Origin: Octopus vulgaris
Taxonomy: Eukaryota
Direction: 5' to 3'
DNA length: 64,000 nucleotides
Assembly (NCBI GenBank): GCA_951406725.2
Contig: OX597817.1
Span: forward strand, 78,988,001-79,052,000
Shown: positions 11,860-26,055 of the stretch, piece by piece
Position numbering within the stretch: position 1 is the stretch's first letter
Layout: every line of letters begins with the position of its first letter
Made by a program: the position numbers and the translations under genes
Notes under the pieces: model-generated
Database searches by the model: none
Told to the model about the DNA's origin: nothing
What the model saw: only the letters and a program-made list of their open reading frames with translations

Positions 11860-12785
11860 AAATTGATTCCACTGTTGGATGAGATGAGCCTCCGTCTTCA
11901 GGGAAGAAATCTTATATTTGAGGTGTTGACATTAAGGAGATTAAAAATGGAATGATTTTGTAGAGAGCTAAGTGTATTAGAGGGGAGAATTGAAGAGGTA
12001 TACAGATAGAGAATAGTTAGAGGAGAAAATAGATTTCAAGGGATAGGGGTTAATAAGGTGGCTAGTAGGGAGTTATAGTAATAGAGAAAGAAGTAGGAAG
12101 AGGGGAGGGTGTTTTAGGTAGTGTGTGAATGTTAACCTTTGTGTTAATCTATATGAAGGCTGTAAAATCAATGGTTGGGATAGTGAGAAAAGGAGTCACT
12201 ATTATTTGAGGGAAATAAGTTGACTGGTTCAGTAGCTGAATGAGATTACTGAGACATGTAGGGAGGTATGAGAAATAGAAGGGTTGAGAGGCTATGAGGG
12301 AAGTGGTGGTTTAGAAGGATTTTGAAAGGCATGTATGAGAAGGATTAATAGGGCATAGTATTTGTTAGGTAGAAGGTTGCTAGGCTGATATTGTCTTAGT
12401 TCAAGGTTAAATTTAGTATGGATATTTATAGTTACAGGATTTCATAGATTTAATAAAGTGCACAAAAGATGAGTAGTATCTGTGTTTACAAGAGAAAATT
12501 ACGCCTGAGAATCTATGAAGTAATGAGGGGTTGTGCAGGCAAAGAATGGTTTGTGATTCTTTTAAATATTATTTACACTTACCAATGTTTGCACTGTATG
12601 GTGTGGGTGGTGGCTTCACTTACCATGAACCAGGATAAGATATAAGGAATATTTTTAGATTTAAGGTTGTGTATATGAGTTGCTAAGGAGGTTGATAGTT
12701 TAGAATTTGGATTGGAGAAAGAGTTCATGTGTGCACGATAGTAGTACTTGAAATCAACTGTACCCTTGCTCGATGGGAAGCGTAG
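11860..12785 (-). mobile_element. Decayed Penelope-like element 3' end (C-terminal part of GIY-YIG endonuclease plus 3' region)
   Basis: Minus-strand translation with frameshifts: FKYYYRAHMNSFSNPNSKLST/LATHIHNLKSKNIPYILSW/PYSANIGKCK*YLKESQTIL...LLHRFSGVIFSCKHRY, matching the PLE pattern ST.L..HI..LK...W..PY...C.LC..E...LN...C.H. Confidence 0.7.
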
Positions 12786-13959
12786 TTATTTGGCATGGTT
12801 TTTACAGCTGAATGCCCTTCTAAATATCAACCACTTTACAGTGTAGACTGGATGCTTTTTACATGGCATGTGCACTAGTAGGGTCACCAAGTAATTTGCA
12901 AGACAAGTAATCTTTGAAAGGGGAGGGGGAATTGAAGGAATCACTCTTGTGTCAGATGATGAAAAGTTGAAGTGTGACACAGAGACGAAAGCAGGTGTCT
13001 TGCTGTAGTGGGGGTACGTAGTTACTTGCCTAAAGAGAAAGAGTTATCAAGAGCGAGGTTAGTTATGAAGAACGATATGTGTGTATATTATATATATACA
13101 CACAAACATACATCTATATCCATACACATGTATATATGTATATCTTTATACGTATAATATATACATATACATAGATTTGTATACCTGTATATATTAACTG
13201 CTTTCATGGACACCATATTTCGTTTTGAAATCACAATATACTACCAACTATATTAAAATTTTATAAGTTAATATCATGTCCTACTTTTGTGTTAGCAGTG
13301 TATTACAATCACTTTTAAATTCATCTCTACAGATTTTCTATAGAATTTAGAGCCAGCATTGAAAGTTACAACCTTTCATTTACGTATATGTCTGTGTAAA
13401 CAATGTGACTAAAGATAGAAAATATTATGGGAGATATATTATCTTACATGAAACCATGTGGAAGTGGCAAAAGGCAGAGCATCCAGCCATAGTAAAGCTG
13501 CTTCAATAAACTCTGTCCAACCCAAACAAGCATTAGAAAGTGGATATTAAAATAATGATGAAAATAGACAACATGGCCAAGTTTCATGACTTAGTACTCA
13601 TAATAGTAATTTATTTCAACGAGTCATTCCTAGAATGACCTTTCTTTGAAGAATTCCATCCTTATTCAGTAAATCATATTTTTTCTTATACATTTGTTGT
13701 AACTCATAAAAGACATGTCTTAATTTAATTGTTAACCACACTAACTGTACTCACTCAACCACTGCCCACTTAAAGCCTAAAGATCTCTTTGGAGGCAAGA
13801 ATCTTGCACTAGTATCTATCAAAATTGAATCAAATAAACAATGGATATATAAAAGTGGTGAGATCTATTCTTTGAAAGAAAGTACTTAAGCACTTGGATT
13901 TTTTTCCTTCTTTTGCTACTTCCTTCCCTCTGTCCCCCTCAAACTTGGTATCTTTCACT

Positions 13960-14335
13960 TTCTTTCAGTCATGAGACTGCGGACGTGCCAGGGCACCGCC
14001 TTAAAAGACTTTGGTCAAACAAACTGACCCCAGTACTTATTATTTATTAAGCCCGGTATTTTTTCTATTCATCTCTTTTGCCAAATTGCTAAATTATGAG
14101 AAGGTAAACATACCAACACCAGTTATTAAGTAGTGGCAGGGGAAAACTCAAACACACACAAACACACACACACACATGCTGGGCTTTTTTCAGTTTCTGT
14201 CTACCATGTACCTTTACAAGGCTTTGGTTGGACTGAGGCTATAGAAAACATTTGCACAAGGTGCCACACAGTGGGACAGGTCTTGGAACCATTTGGTTTT
14301 GAAGCAAACCTCTTACCACACAGGCACTCCTGTGC
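13960..14335 (-). mobile_element. Diverged SINE family A
   Basis: Similarity to family A on the reverse strand. Confidence 0.75.
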
Positions 14336-14445
14336 TATTTCTTTCTTCTTTTCTTTTTGAGTTTGTGCAACTTAATCACAAAAGGGTGTTCTTCTACATT
14401 GCTTACCACTCAGCTATCAAGTGAGACTTTAGCCCCATTATTTTC

Positions 14446-14713
14446 TTTTTTTCTTCTATTTTAGTTTTTTTTTCTAAGGTCCTGGAGTAGTTAATAAAAG
14501 TAGCTGCCCCTGCTTCCCCATTGGAGGGAGAGATGGAGGCAGTTGAAGAGGTGGAGACCTCAAAAACAGGAAATAAAAGAAAGGTGGGCAACAATGGTTG
14601 CCCACTGAACGACCCTAAAGCTGCGGGAGGGGAGGAAGATCCTCTGGATAAAAAGGAGGTACCACACCCTCCTGTAGCAAAGGGGAAAAAAAGAAAGAAA
14701 AATATAAAGAACG
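14446..14713. mobile_element. 268-bp insertion flanked by an 18-bp target-site duplication
   Basis: TTTAGCCCCATTATTTTC at 14428-14445 and 14714-14731; T-rich left end, A-rich right end, GC-richer interior. Confidence 0.75.
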
Positions 14714-15292
14714 TTTAGCCCCATTATTTTCCGTTTGCTAGTCAAGCAGGTGAAGTTGATGGCACATGGTCTAATGACAAATATGGTATTGCACTAATGA
14801 TCATAAGATCATGGTTTCAATTCTTGCACCAAGCAGTGTATTGTGCTATTGAGCAATACAATTTATTTCATTTTGCTTCAGTACACTCAGCTGTAAATGA
14901 GTTCTAGCAATAGCTGAGCAGTTAACCCTGCAAACAGAAGGGAGGAATATTACAAACCCAGTCCCTTACATAATAATCCTTCCTACTAAAGTTGGTGAGG
15001 AAGGGTCTACTTGATTACATTGACCCTAGTGTTTCACTGGTAATTAATTTACTGACTCTGAAAGGATGTAAAGCAAAGTCAACCTCAGCAGAATTTGAAC
15101 TCAGAATGTAACGACAGACAAAATACCACTAAGCATGTTTGCCCAGCATGCTAACAACTCTACCAGCTTGCAACCATAGTCCCTAATATAATAATGAAAA
15201 CAGAATTAAGCTTCTGCATTACAACTATATTTTACCTATGGACTCCTTAGATTCCTATTTTATTGAGGTAGACCTCCATAGCTATTTGATGC

Positions 15293-15505
15293 TTAGCCAT
15301 TTAGCATTTAAACTGGCCATATCCAGCTCAAGTACTTAATCTGATTTACATCCAGCATCTTACACCTACTCTGCAATGTCATTCTAAAAATGAACAATCA
15401 CATCTTTGAAATTTCAAAGCTACAAGATAATATGTAATTAATTCAAAACAATGTCAATAAGTAAGTATTACATATGGCAAAGTAATCTGAATGCTAAAGG
15501 ATTAA
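15293..15505. mobile_element. MITE with TTAA-type ends
   Basis: Imperfect terminal inverted repeats ttagccatttagcatt / aatgctaaaggattaa. Confidence 0.55.
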
Positions 15506-15599
15506 AATAACCTATCATATTTTTATAATTAAATACCATCAGAGATTGTATTAAGAAAATTGTTAGAATATTTTGCATATTGTAGAAGCATAAACAATA

Positions 15600-15909
15600 A
15601 ATGTTGCCCTTTTCAAGCCTAGCCAGGCTTCATGGGCCCGGTTTCCCAGTTTCTGTGGTGCATGTGTCCCCCCCCTGCTGGACAGGAAGCCAGTCCATCA
15701 CAGTGTTCCTCAAGAAACAGGAAGAGAGAGTGAGAGAAAGTTGTGGTGAAAGACTACAACAGCGGTTGCCACCACCTCCTGCTGGAGCCTTGTGGAGCTT
15801 TTAGGTCTTTTCACTCAATAAACACACACAATGCCCAGTCTGGGAATTGAAACTGAGATCCTCCGACCGCGAGTCCACTGCCCTAACCACTGGGCCATTG
15901 TGCCTCCAC
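15600..15909 (-). mobile_element. SINE family B with tail type 2 (V-SINE-like GATGGACTGG motif)
   Basis: B head; tail ...gaaaccgggcccatgaagcctggctaggcttgaaaagggc. Confidence 0.85.
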
Positions 15910-17511
15910 ATTGTAGAAGTAAAACCAATATATTTCACATAGATTTTAAAAACAAAATCTTATGCAGACTTCCAAGGGTCATGTGAACCCTAGTTGAGAA
16001 CCACTGTCCTAGGGGCTCATGACATATCTAAATTTAAGTTGAACTTCTACATACATTTGCTTCAATACCCCTATTAATAAGAGTAAGGGGTTTTTTTTTT
16101 TATCTTTGTACACAGCTGAATTAACAAAAGACTATTCATTGCATTGCTTAGCACTCAGCTATAAAAAGAAAGTCTGGACCTCATTAATTTTTTTCTTTTT
16201 TCTTGTGAGTCAAGCAAACTATGGCAATTAGAATCAGGTGTCTTCTCCACAAGTAAGGGTCAAAGGGTCAATGATAGCAGAAGAATTTGGCTACAGATGT
16301 TGCCATGGCTTTATGATTAAAAAGCTCACTTTGTAACCGTTTAAATTTGGTTAAGCCTTAGTACACACCACTTTGTGGACAAGTGTCATCTACTCAAGTT
16401 CCAGGTCAACCAATGCCAAGTGAATTTGGTAAGCAGAAACTGTATGGAAGCCCAGCATGTATACATCTGTGTGTGGGTTGTTATGTTTGTGTTTGTATCC
16501 CACTGTTTGACAACCAGTGATTGTTTGTTTACTTCCTCATAACTTGAAGATTGATAGAATAAATGTGAAACTTAAAAAAAATAATAAGTTCAGAGCTCAG
16601 TTTCTTTGACTAAATTCTTCAAGTCAGTATTCCAGCATGAGCACAGTCCAATAATTGAAACCAGTAAACAATAAAAGATAGATAGTTGCTGTGTGGTAAG
16701 AAGCTTGCTTCCCAACCATATGGTTCTGGGTTCAGTCCCACTACATAACACATTGGGCGAAGTGTGTTCAACCAAAACCTTGTGAGTAGATTTGGTAAAT
16801 GGAAACTGAAAGAAGCCTGTCATATGTATATATGTATATATTTATGTGTGTGTGTGTGTGTGAGTGTGTCTGTCTTTCCCTCCGATGTTGCTTGACAACC
16901 GGTACTGGTATGTTAATGTCCCTGTAAAAGAAACTGATAGAATAAGTTCTAGGCTTACAAAGAATAAGTCCTGGGGGTCAATTTCTCAATGGATATATAA
17001 AAGTGGTGAGATCTATTCTTTGAAAGAAACATCTATATATCTATATCCAGCAGTGCTCCAGCATGGCCACAGTCAAATGACCGAAACAAGTAAAAGAATA
17101 AAAGTAGTTCATCATCATCACCATCATCATCATCATCCTGCTCCTCCTCTCCCTCTGCATCCTCATCATCTGCATAACCATCCTTTAATCTCACAACCTT
17201 TTGCACATCTAATCAATTACTAAAGAAAGCAAGGCATACAGGGATGTTTATACTCAAGGCGCACACATACACTCACATATACACAGATACACATAATACA
17301 ATGCCTTTATCAGAGTTTGAAACCATGTAATATATCATCAGTTTTTGTAGGTCAGTAGGCCAGCATCTTAACAGCTCATCCACTTTGATTTCAATGTTTG
17401 TTTTGCTTTATATCCAATTTAATCAAGGACCTACATGTCGATAATGAGAGATACATTTTTTTTTTGCTCGTTTGGCACTTTCTGAAATCCAGACGCCATG
17501 CTAATGAGCGA

Positions 17512-17866
17512 CGTCGTCATTGCCTTTCAATCATTGCTGTCTTCGTCATTGTCGTCATCATCATCATCGCCATCATCATCATCGCCATCATCGTCGTCAT
17601 CGTCATCATCACCATCATCATCTTCATCTTCATTATCTTCATCTTCATTATCATCCTCATCGTCATCATCTTCATTATCATCTTCATCATCATCATCATC
17701 ACCATCCTCATCGTTATCAACATCATCGTCATTGTCAGCATCGTTGTTGTCACCATCATCATCAACATCATCATTGACATCATTGTCATCATCATCGTCA
17801 TCATCATCATCATTGTTGTCGTCATCAGCATCAACATCATCGTTATCATCACCATCAGCATCATTA
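17512..17866. repeat. Degenerate (ATC/GTC)n trinucleotide tract
   Basis: Direct reading; yields poly-I/S/H/D/M pseudo-ORFs in most frames. Confidence 0.95.
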
Positions 17867-18647
17867 TGAAGGAAAACAGCAACGACAGCATTATCAATGG
17901 ACAACATCAGATGATAAAGAATACAAAAGAATGCAAATAAATAAATAAAAAAATAAATACATAAATTTCACAAAAATAAACAATCAGAATAAGAAAAGAA
18001 GCTCCATACCAAAAAAAAAAACAAACAATGATCTTGTGCCCGTCTCGCCTTCCCACCCACCCTTCTGTCCCACCTCTACTTCCATTTTTTTTTTTAACAA
18101 AGCAATCCAGTCTTTCTTAGCCGGCTCCTTTAGGCTAAAAATTAACTCCGCAGACTATAATAATACATTCAACATAATATAAACAAAAGGCAACAATTCT
18201 TTATAAATCAAAGATTATCCAAAAAACAATAATAATAATAATAATAATAATAATGAATAATAAATACATCATAAATAAAATAAAATAAATAAATAAAAAT
18301 TGATAGAATATCAAAAAGCAAAATAAATATAAATGTAAACCAAAAAAATACAAGCATAATTTTTTTTAATATTTCTTTTTATTATTTTAGTTCATATTTC
18401 CTTTCTCTTGATTTTTCTTTTTCTTTCGTTTTTCTTCCAATTTGTTTTTTTTTTCATTTTGTTTTTGTTTGTTTTCAAAGACATTGATGTTTTCCTTCTA
18501 ATATCAAATCAATAACGCGCCGAAAAGGAAGTATGAAATCAATTGGATATATATATATATAGATATAATTATATATGTATATCTATATTCAAAAGTGTAT
18601 GAACATGTCTGTACATGGATGTCTATGTGTTCATAATATAAATATCA

Positions 18648-18679
<32 letters not shown>

Positions 18680-18711
18680 CTTGCTGTTTAGACATTAATA
18701 CATATAAATAA

Positions 18712-18754
<43 letters not shown>

Positions 18755-18869
18755 AAGTATAATAGTTTGTCTTGTATACTTATGCATCTAGTTATCTTTC
18801 TGTCTATCTTGCAAACAATCTATAAATTTGCCTATCTCTTTATATAACACAAAAACACACAGAGATCTG

Positions 18870-18998
18870 TGTATATGTGTATATATACATACATATATAT
18901 CATATAACATATATGTGTATATATCTGTATTCATATGTATGTATAATACATATATACATATATATATATATGCATGTGTGTACATATATATATAAATG

Positions 18999-19045
<47 letters not shown>

Positions 19046-19192
19046 GTATGTGTATATATATATATATATATGTATTTATATATGTATATATATATATATG
19101 TATATATGTATGTATATATATATGTATATATATGTGTATGTATATATGTATGTATATATATATATATATATATATATGAATGTTTGCTATGC

Positions 19193-19239
<47 letters not shown>

Positions 19240-19554
19240 CATAGCAAACATTCATATCATGGGGTGGTGTATGAGCATGAACTTAGCTGACTGTGATATC
19301 TATCATGATTTTTTTCTGATTGCTTATCTCTCTTTGTCAGTCATCCTATCTCTCTCTCTCTCTCTTGTTCTTTCACTCTCTCTAACCGTGTCACTACCCA
19401 TGTATCTGTCTAACTCTCTGACATTATCTATAACCTGTCTGTCTTACTGTCTATATCATCCACACATTTACATCTTTATACTCGGGCAAATATATAAAAG
19501 CTAACAAGGCCAAGATTTGTCTGCACGTACATATGTATATACACATACACATAC

Positions 19555-19599
<45 letters not shown>

Positions 19600-19670
19600 T
19601 ATATATACACATATGTATACATATATGTATGTAGATATATATATATATATATACACATATGTATACATAC

Positions 19671-19709
<39 letters not shown>

Positions 19710-19760
19710 TATAAATGTATAAGTTAATATGTATATATGTATGTATATATGGATGTATAT
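18870..19760. repeat. (TA)n/(TG)n/(CA)n microsatellite field
   Basis: Direct reading. Confidence 0.95.
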
Positions 19761-21339
19761 GTTTATGTGTGACTATGTAAATTTTATGTTCCTATATTAT
19801 GGATGAGCTATCTATATATCATACATATAAAAAATGGATGTATATATGTACGTGAATGTATATGTGTGTGTATGTGTGGTGTATGTATACTGGTGTGTAT
19901 GTTCGTAGGAAATAAATAAATGGTATTATTATCATTGATATTATTGTTGTTGATGTTGTTTTAGTTGTTGATTTTATTGTTTTCTTATTTCTTTCTTTCT
20001 TCTTTTTTTTATTTTATTTTCATGTCTTCACTTTATACTCATTCCTCTCACCCTTGAAAAATGTAAATAAAAAAAAAAAAGAAAAAGAAAGCCATAAATT
20101 TCAAAATAAAGAAAATAAATAAAATGAAAAAGAAAGAAGGAAGAAAAGAAAAGTAGGTATACTGTTAAATGGATGAAAAGATAAATGAAAGGAAAGTGTT
20201 AGGAGATGAATGAGGTTTTGGATTTTGTGGCTGTGCATTTAATGTTGAAATGTGTAGTGGTGGTTATTAGAACATACTCCTGTTGTGTCTGTGATATGGT
20301 GCAAAGACATGGCGGCAGTCTGTTAGACATAGTCTACTGGTAGGTCAAACCTTCAGCTCTGTGGGGGCCATTGATGGTCAAATAGTTGACTGTGTCTTGT
20401 TGGTCTACTTAATCAGCAGCTGAATTAAGGGAATTATTCAAAGAATATTAGGAGCCAAAAGGAAACCAGACAAACCAAAATCTTTACCATTAAGTAGAAG
20501 AAAGGAAGCAAAAAGCAAGATAAAAATGCAAAAAAAAAATAAAGTATAAAAAAGACAAAGAATTAGATGAGTCTGCTAGAAGGCAATAAATTATATAGTT
20601 TAAAAATTTTTTTTTTTACATAAGCTATCATAGAACTTCAGACTTGTAACAAAGAAATTCAAATTGTAGCATTCATTCATTCATTTGTTTGTTCGTATTC
20701 CAATCATTTTTGTCATGCTAGCATGATTTGAATAAATGTATTTAAATCATGCTAGTAGGCATTGTTTTACAGCTGGATGTTCTTCATGTTGCTAACCCTT
20801 CTTTCCTTGTTACTAGTAAGAGATATCTTATTCTACATGTCCTCGAAGCAAGCAAAGCCAGAGGATAATGTGTTGATTCGGGAAACAACTACAGTTAACT
20901 ACCGGCAGCTTAAGGATTTTCAGTGAAGCACAAATGTAAACAAACACAAAATTCACATACATCATCATCACGACCCCCATAACTGGTGCAACCAGTTACT
21001 GGGCTCAACTCTAGATGGATTTTGCAGTCAGCCATTGTTTCTTCTTTTTCTTCCAATCAGGATTCACGCCATTAGCCACAAAGAATAATCTTTAATTCGA
21101 GCCTACTCTAAGCTACTAAGAATGCCTGTGGCAACTTGAAGATCCACCCACCGCACGCGATTGACTGGTGGTTTCATGGGTGCGAAAGCTATGTTGTTAT
21201 CCTCATTCCGTAAATGGTGGCTTTTAACGGGTGGAGAGCTGAACCATCCTGGGGTACAGAGGATTCGCAATCTAGACTAGGCTCTGAAAGATTACCTCAC
21301 CATAGTGGGTTACACCATGGTTTCTCTGCTTTGTGGCAG

Positions 21340-21535
21340 AAGTAGGAAGAAAGAGTGAGAGAAAGTTGTGGTGAAAGAATACAGCAGCGTTAACCCTCCC
21401 CCTCATCTGCTGGAACCTCGTGGAGCTTACGTGTTTTTGCTCAATAAACACTCACAATGCCCTGTCTGGGAATCGAAACCGCATTCTTATGACTGCGAGT
21501 CCGCTGCCCTAACCACTGGGCCATTGCGCATCCAC
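21340..21535 (-). mobile_element. SINE family B, 3'-truncated
   Basis: B head and body on the reverse strand. Confidence 0.8.
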
Positions 21536-21724
21536 TGCCAATGTTGCTGGCCTCTGTTTTCTGTCAGAGAGAGAGAGAGAGTTATCAAGAATGAGGTTAG
21601 CTATAAAGAATGATGTGTGTGTGTGTGTATGTGACAGTACCAGGCAAGTTTTGTCTTTTTATCTGTACAAGGAGAGGTTCCTGCTGGCAAGTGTTCTTTG
21701 GTTTTACATGCTGCCTGAAAAAGC

Positions 21725-22060
21725 CATTACTTTTGGCTCTGTGTACAGGATGTAGAGCAACTCTCTGAAGCACTTGTGTTCAAATGTCTGGATTCTTTGT
21801 TCCATGTCAGCTGTAAAAGTCCAGTTCTCACACCCATACAGAAGGATCGAAGTCACCAGAGACTTGTACACTTTGAATCTTGTTGGAAAGCTAATGGAAT
21901 TGCATTTCCATATAGTACTCAGCTTCCTCATGGCAGCGGAGGCTAAAATGAGTCTCGTCATCTCTTTTTGAGATTTGCTATCCTTGATCAAAGAGGATTC
22001 TAGGTAGTTGAAGGTATTCACTTTGTGAAGTCTTTCTCCATTCAGTATAATATTGGTTGC
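21725..22060 (-). mobile_element. RTE-clade LINE fragment (region after the RT domain)
   Basis: VNTFNYLES...ASAAMRKLSTIWKCNSISFPTRFKVYKSLVTSILLYGCENWT...RIQTFEHKCFRELL; LLYG.E.W is typical of RTE elements. Confidence 0.9.
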
Positions 22061-22964
22061 TGTGTTTTAGCTGTTGTTGTTGCATGTATGTGCATGTGTA
22101 TGTGTGTATATATATATATATGGGTATGTGGCTGTAGAAAATCTGCCTCAAAAGGAGTGACAAGTAATTAAATGGCACCTCTAGTAGTAGTGACAGAAAG
22201 AAAAAAAAAACATTGAGAAAATCACAAGGGCCAGAGTTTGGAATTGGCATTAGCAACCTCTTTTAATTTTTTTTTAAAGGAATCTACAATGAGAGGAGTG
22301 TTTAGTCAATACATTGGTCTGAGAGGGCAGGAGAGCTAATGTTGGGCCCATGACTATCTGTTGGCCTCTTTTCTTAAAAATAAAACAAAAGCTCAACATT
22401 TTTGAAAGATAAGACCCCCATCACTATCCCAGAAGTCCTGAATTGCAGAATAGTAGTTTTTTTCTCTTTTCCAGTTTTCTCTTGGAAACCCTTCTGGTGA
22501 CTATCAGAGATCAAGCAACTCAAAATGTAGTGAAAAAGATTTTTAATATCTAAACGATTTTAGTAGGGATGGGGGTTTCTGTCTCTAAAGACGAAGTTTA
22601 ATACTTTGAAAAATTATATTGAAGTATCAATACTTCAATTTAATAGATCTTACCCAAAGAAAATAAATAAAATTGAATAAATATAAAAAGGAAAAATAAA
22701 CTCTGACAACTTTTGTTAAAAACATTGAAATTAAAATGTTTTCTTTGACAATGTTTGGTAATAGTAAACTTAATTTATAACAAAGACTAATATTTGTCTA
22801 CATTATCTAATAGAAGAAATTTAATTGTAGATATATACAGTGATATATATATCTAATTGTAAATATATATACATATTTACATACATTTATATACACATAT
22901 ATATACATTAATGCATACATATATGTACATACATACATAATACATACATACATTCATATATATG

Positions 22965-23008
<44 letters not shown>

Positions 23009-25435
23009 TAATTGTAGATATTTATATAGATGTATATCTAATTGTATGTTCTATGTCTAACTTTCCAATTGTTTTATCTTTATTTTAGCTTTTCATTTAT
23101 TCTCCTTTCTTTCTTTCTTCCTTGTCGTCCTCCTCCACCTCCATCTTCTCCCATTTCCCTCGTCTCTTTTCCTTATATCGATTACACCTCTCCTATATTA
23201 AATACCCCATCAATATAGTCAGTAAAAGTGAAAGAATCAGCTGAGTTTCAGTCCTTACTGTCTTTTAATTACAACACTTTATGTTCTGAGTTCAAATACC
23301 ATTACAGTCAAATTTGCCTTCACCTCCTTGAAAGGTTAAAAAAAATACAAAAAAAATTACAAAACTACTACCAGCCAAGCATTGAATCCATTTCATCAGC
23401 TATAACTCTTTCCTCAAAATTTGTGTGGCTTGGAGGCAATAAAAGAAATTTTTAAATAATTTTACAGAAACACAGCTTTATAATCATCATCATCATCATT
23501 TTAACATCCACTTTTTCTTTCTTGCATGAATCAGACAGAATTAGTGGAGGCAGGTTTTCTATGGACAGATGCCCTTCCTTTCACCATGCCTAAGCTCTTC
23601 CCCAAAAATGTTACATTTCTCTATAACTAAACATGTTTTTTATCAAAGATTGGAAACAAAGAATATTACTTGCTCATTTACAACCAGCATTTGGTATCAA
23701 AACAATAATATTCACACATACATGCACATATGCACATGTGCACACACAGACACACACACATACACACAAATATACATTTGCACTTAAATATACAGGCATA
23801 GGAGTGGCTGTGTGGTAAGTAGCTTGCTTACCAACCACATGGTTCCACGATGGGCAAGTGTCTGGAAACAAACAAAAAACATAATTTGCTCATTTACAAC
23901 CATCAAGTGTCATCAAGAAAATTTACATACCGACATTCACACTCACACACAACTCCCCCACCTCTCTCTCTCTCACACACACACTCTCTCTCCTATATGG
24001 ACACACACATAGATTTGTATATGTATCTGTATGTATGTATGCATCAAGTGTTGAACAAAACGAATACAAAGAGAAAATGTTAGATGAAAGCAGAGCAAAC
24101 GGGAAACTAGAAGAAAACTTTACAGAAAATTTAGACGAAGACATGCTACACGGGAATCGAACTCATCATCACATGATCTTGAGTGGAATACCCTAACCAC
24201 TAAGTCAACGCCTTCACTTCCAGTCATGGTAACTACCACTAACTACATTAACACCATGACCTTTCCTGCCAACACCATCACAATCCAAAAAGCCAACGAT
24301 ATCACCATAACTCGTGCATCAGTGTTATCATTAACCAGCCTTTCTGGGAAAGGGAGAGGGAGAGGTCAATCACCGTGCTAGAAATAGCAGCCAAATTTCC
24401 TCTCTCATTAAACTTTACACTCTTGAAAAAAGAATGGAATGAGGCATTAAATAATGTAAGCCTTGAGACATTCTGGCTGAAAAAAATAAAGAAGAAAAAT
24501 CAAAACAGAAAAAGAAACTGGTGTGGTTGGGATTGTCATGTTTGGAATGCCTTTGATCATAAGGTCTGTATGATAAGAGTTGACCTGAAGCTAAAACATC
24601 AACCAAAATGGCATTAAAACAACAACAATACAAAAAACTCCAAGACTAAAGCTACTGACCTACCACCACTCCATGTTCATTCTGACCTCACAACAACAAC
24701 AACAACGATACCTTTACTTTTGTTGTTGATGTTTGCTTTCATTTTATTTCATGTCATTGACATAGCTTTCAGAGGTGGCGGGGGTGCAGGCTGCAGTAGT
24801 AGTAGTAGTAGTGGTGGTTGTAGTGTGGAATGAGAGAGGGTAGGAGTGTGGTGGTGGAGTTTTCTTTTGTATTTTTCCAGACGTCTTTCTAAAAAAAAAA
24901 AATTACCCAAGAAATCAAGGAGATTCTACCTGACAATTCTCAAATTTTTATCTCCAGAAAATGAAGGGAGAAGGTGGCACTGCGTTCGGGGGGGGGGGGG
25001 GAGTTAGGGTAACGGTGGTAAAGGAGCAAGGGATGGTGTTACTTCATGCTGAGAAATACGCCACATTCTCTGACCCACCCTTATTCTCCCACACTACTGA
25101 AATCACCACCACCCCCTTTCAAAAGTCACAACACACAGAATCAACCTGCTTGTTTGGTTTATCTCCTCTTGATCCTCTCCCTTTCGTCCCCCATCACCAA
25201 CCCCCCACCCGTATGTAAAGAAAACGATCTGCAAGATAGAGTCGGGGGGGGGGAGAAATACTAGAAGAAGGGATGGTGGTCATTGTCATTATTTAAGAAA
25301 AAGAAAAAAATGGCAAAATAAAATTTGTAAAGTAAAAAATTCTAAGTTACATGACCCATCTGCTTGCCCAGAAAATAAAACCCCTATTTTCTTTCTTACG
25401 ACTTTAACAGTGCAAACAACATTAAAGCTCCCTTT

Positions 25436-26055
25436 ATTGTTATTGTTGTTGTTGCTGCAGTTGTTTCTATGCTGCTATTGTTGCAATGTTTGAGGCATTG
25501 GTGTTGATGTTGGTGTTGGAGTTGCTAGCAGTGATGGTGTATTATCATTGGTAATGATGGAAATGTTGGTACTTTTGTTGTTGTTGTTGTTATTCTTGTT
25601 GTTGTAGATGGTGCTGGTGATGATGGTGATGGTTGTGGTGGTGGTGGTGGCGTTGATGATAGTGTTGCTGATGGTAGGTTGGAGTAGTGGTGTTGCAGTT
25701 GGTAGTATTGTTGGTGGTGTTGAAGTTGTTATTGTTTGTGGTAGTGGTGGTGATGGTGGTATTATTGGTGTTGTTGTTGGTGATGGTAAATGGTGGTAGT
25801 AATAGTGCTTGTGGGGGTAGTGGTGTAGGTGGTGTTCTGTGGTGTTTGTATTGGCGTCGATGTTAATGGTGGTGGTGTTGTAGTTACTGTCGGCAGAGGT
25901 GCTGGTAACGATGTTGATGGCATTGGTCTTGTTGTTGTTAGTGGTGGTTTTAGGGACGATAGTGGCCCATCATGTTGATAGTGATGGTGGTGTTAATGGT
26001 GCCAGTATTCTTGTTGGTGTTGGTGGTAGTGGTGGTGATTGTAGTAGCAATGGTA
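25436..26055. repeat. Degenerate (GTT/GGT/GAT)n tract
   Basis: Direct reading. Confidence 0.9.

Noticed and set aside
17398-17940. Poly-Ile/Ser/His/Asp/Met ORFs
   Set aside because: (ATC)n trinucleotide tract with no coding signal.
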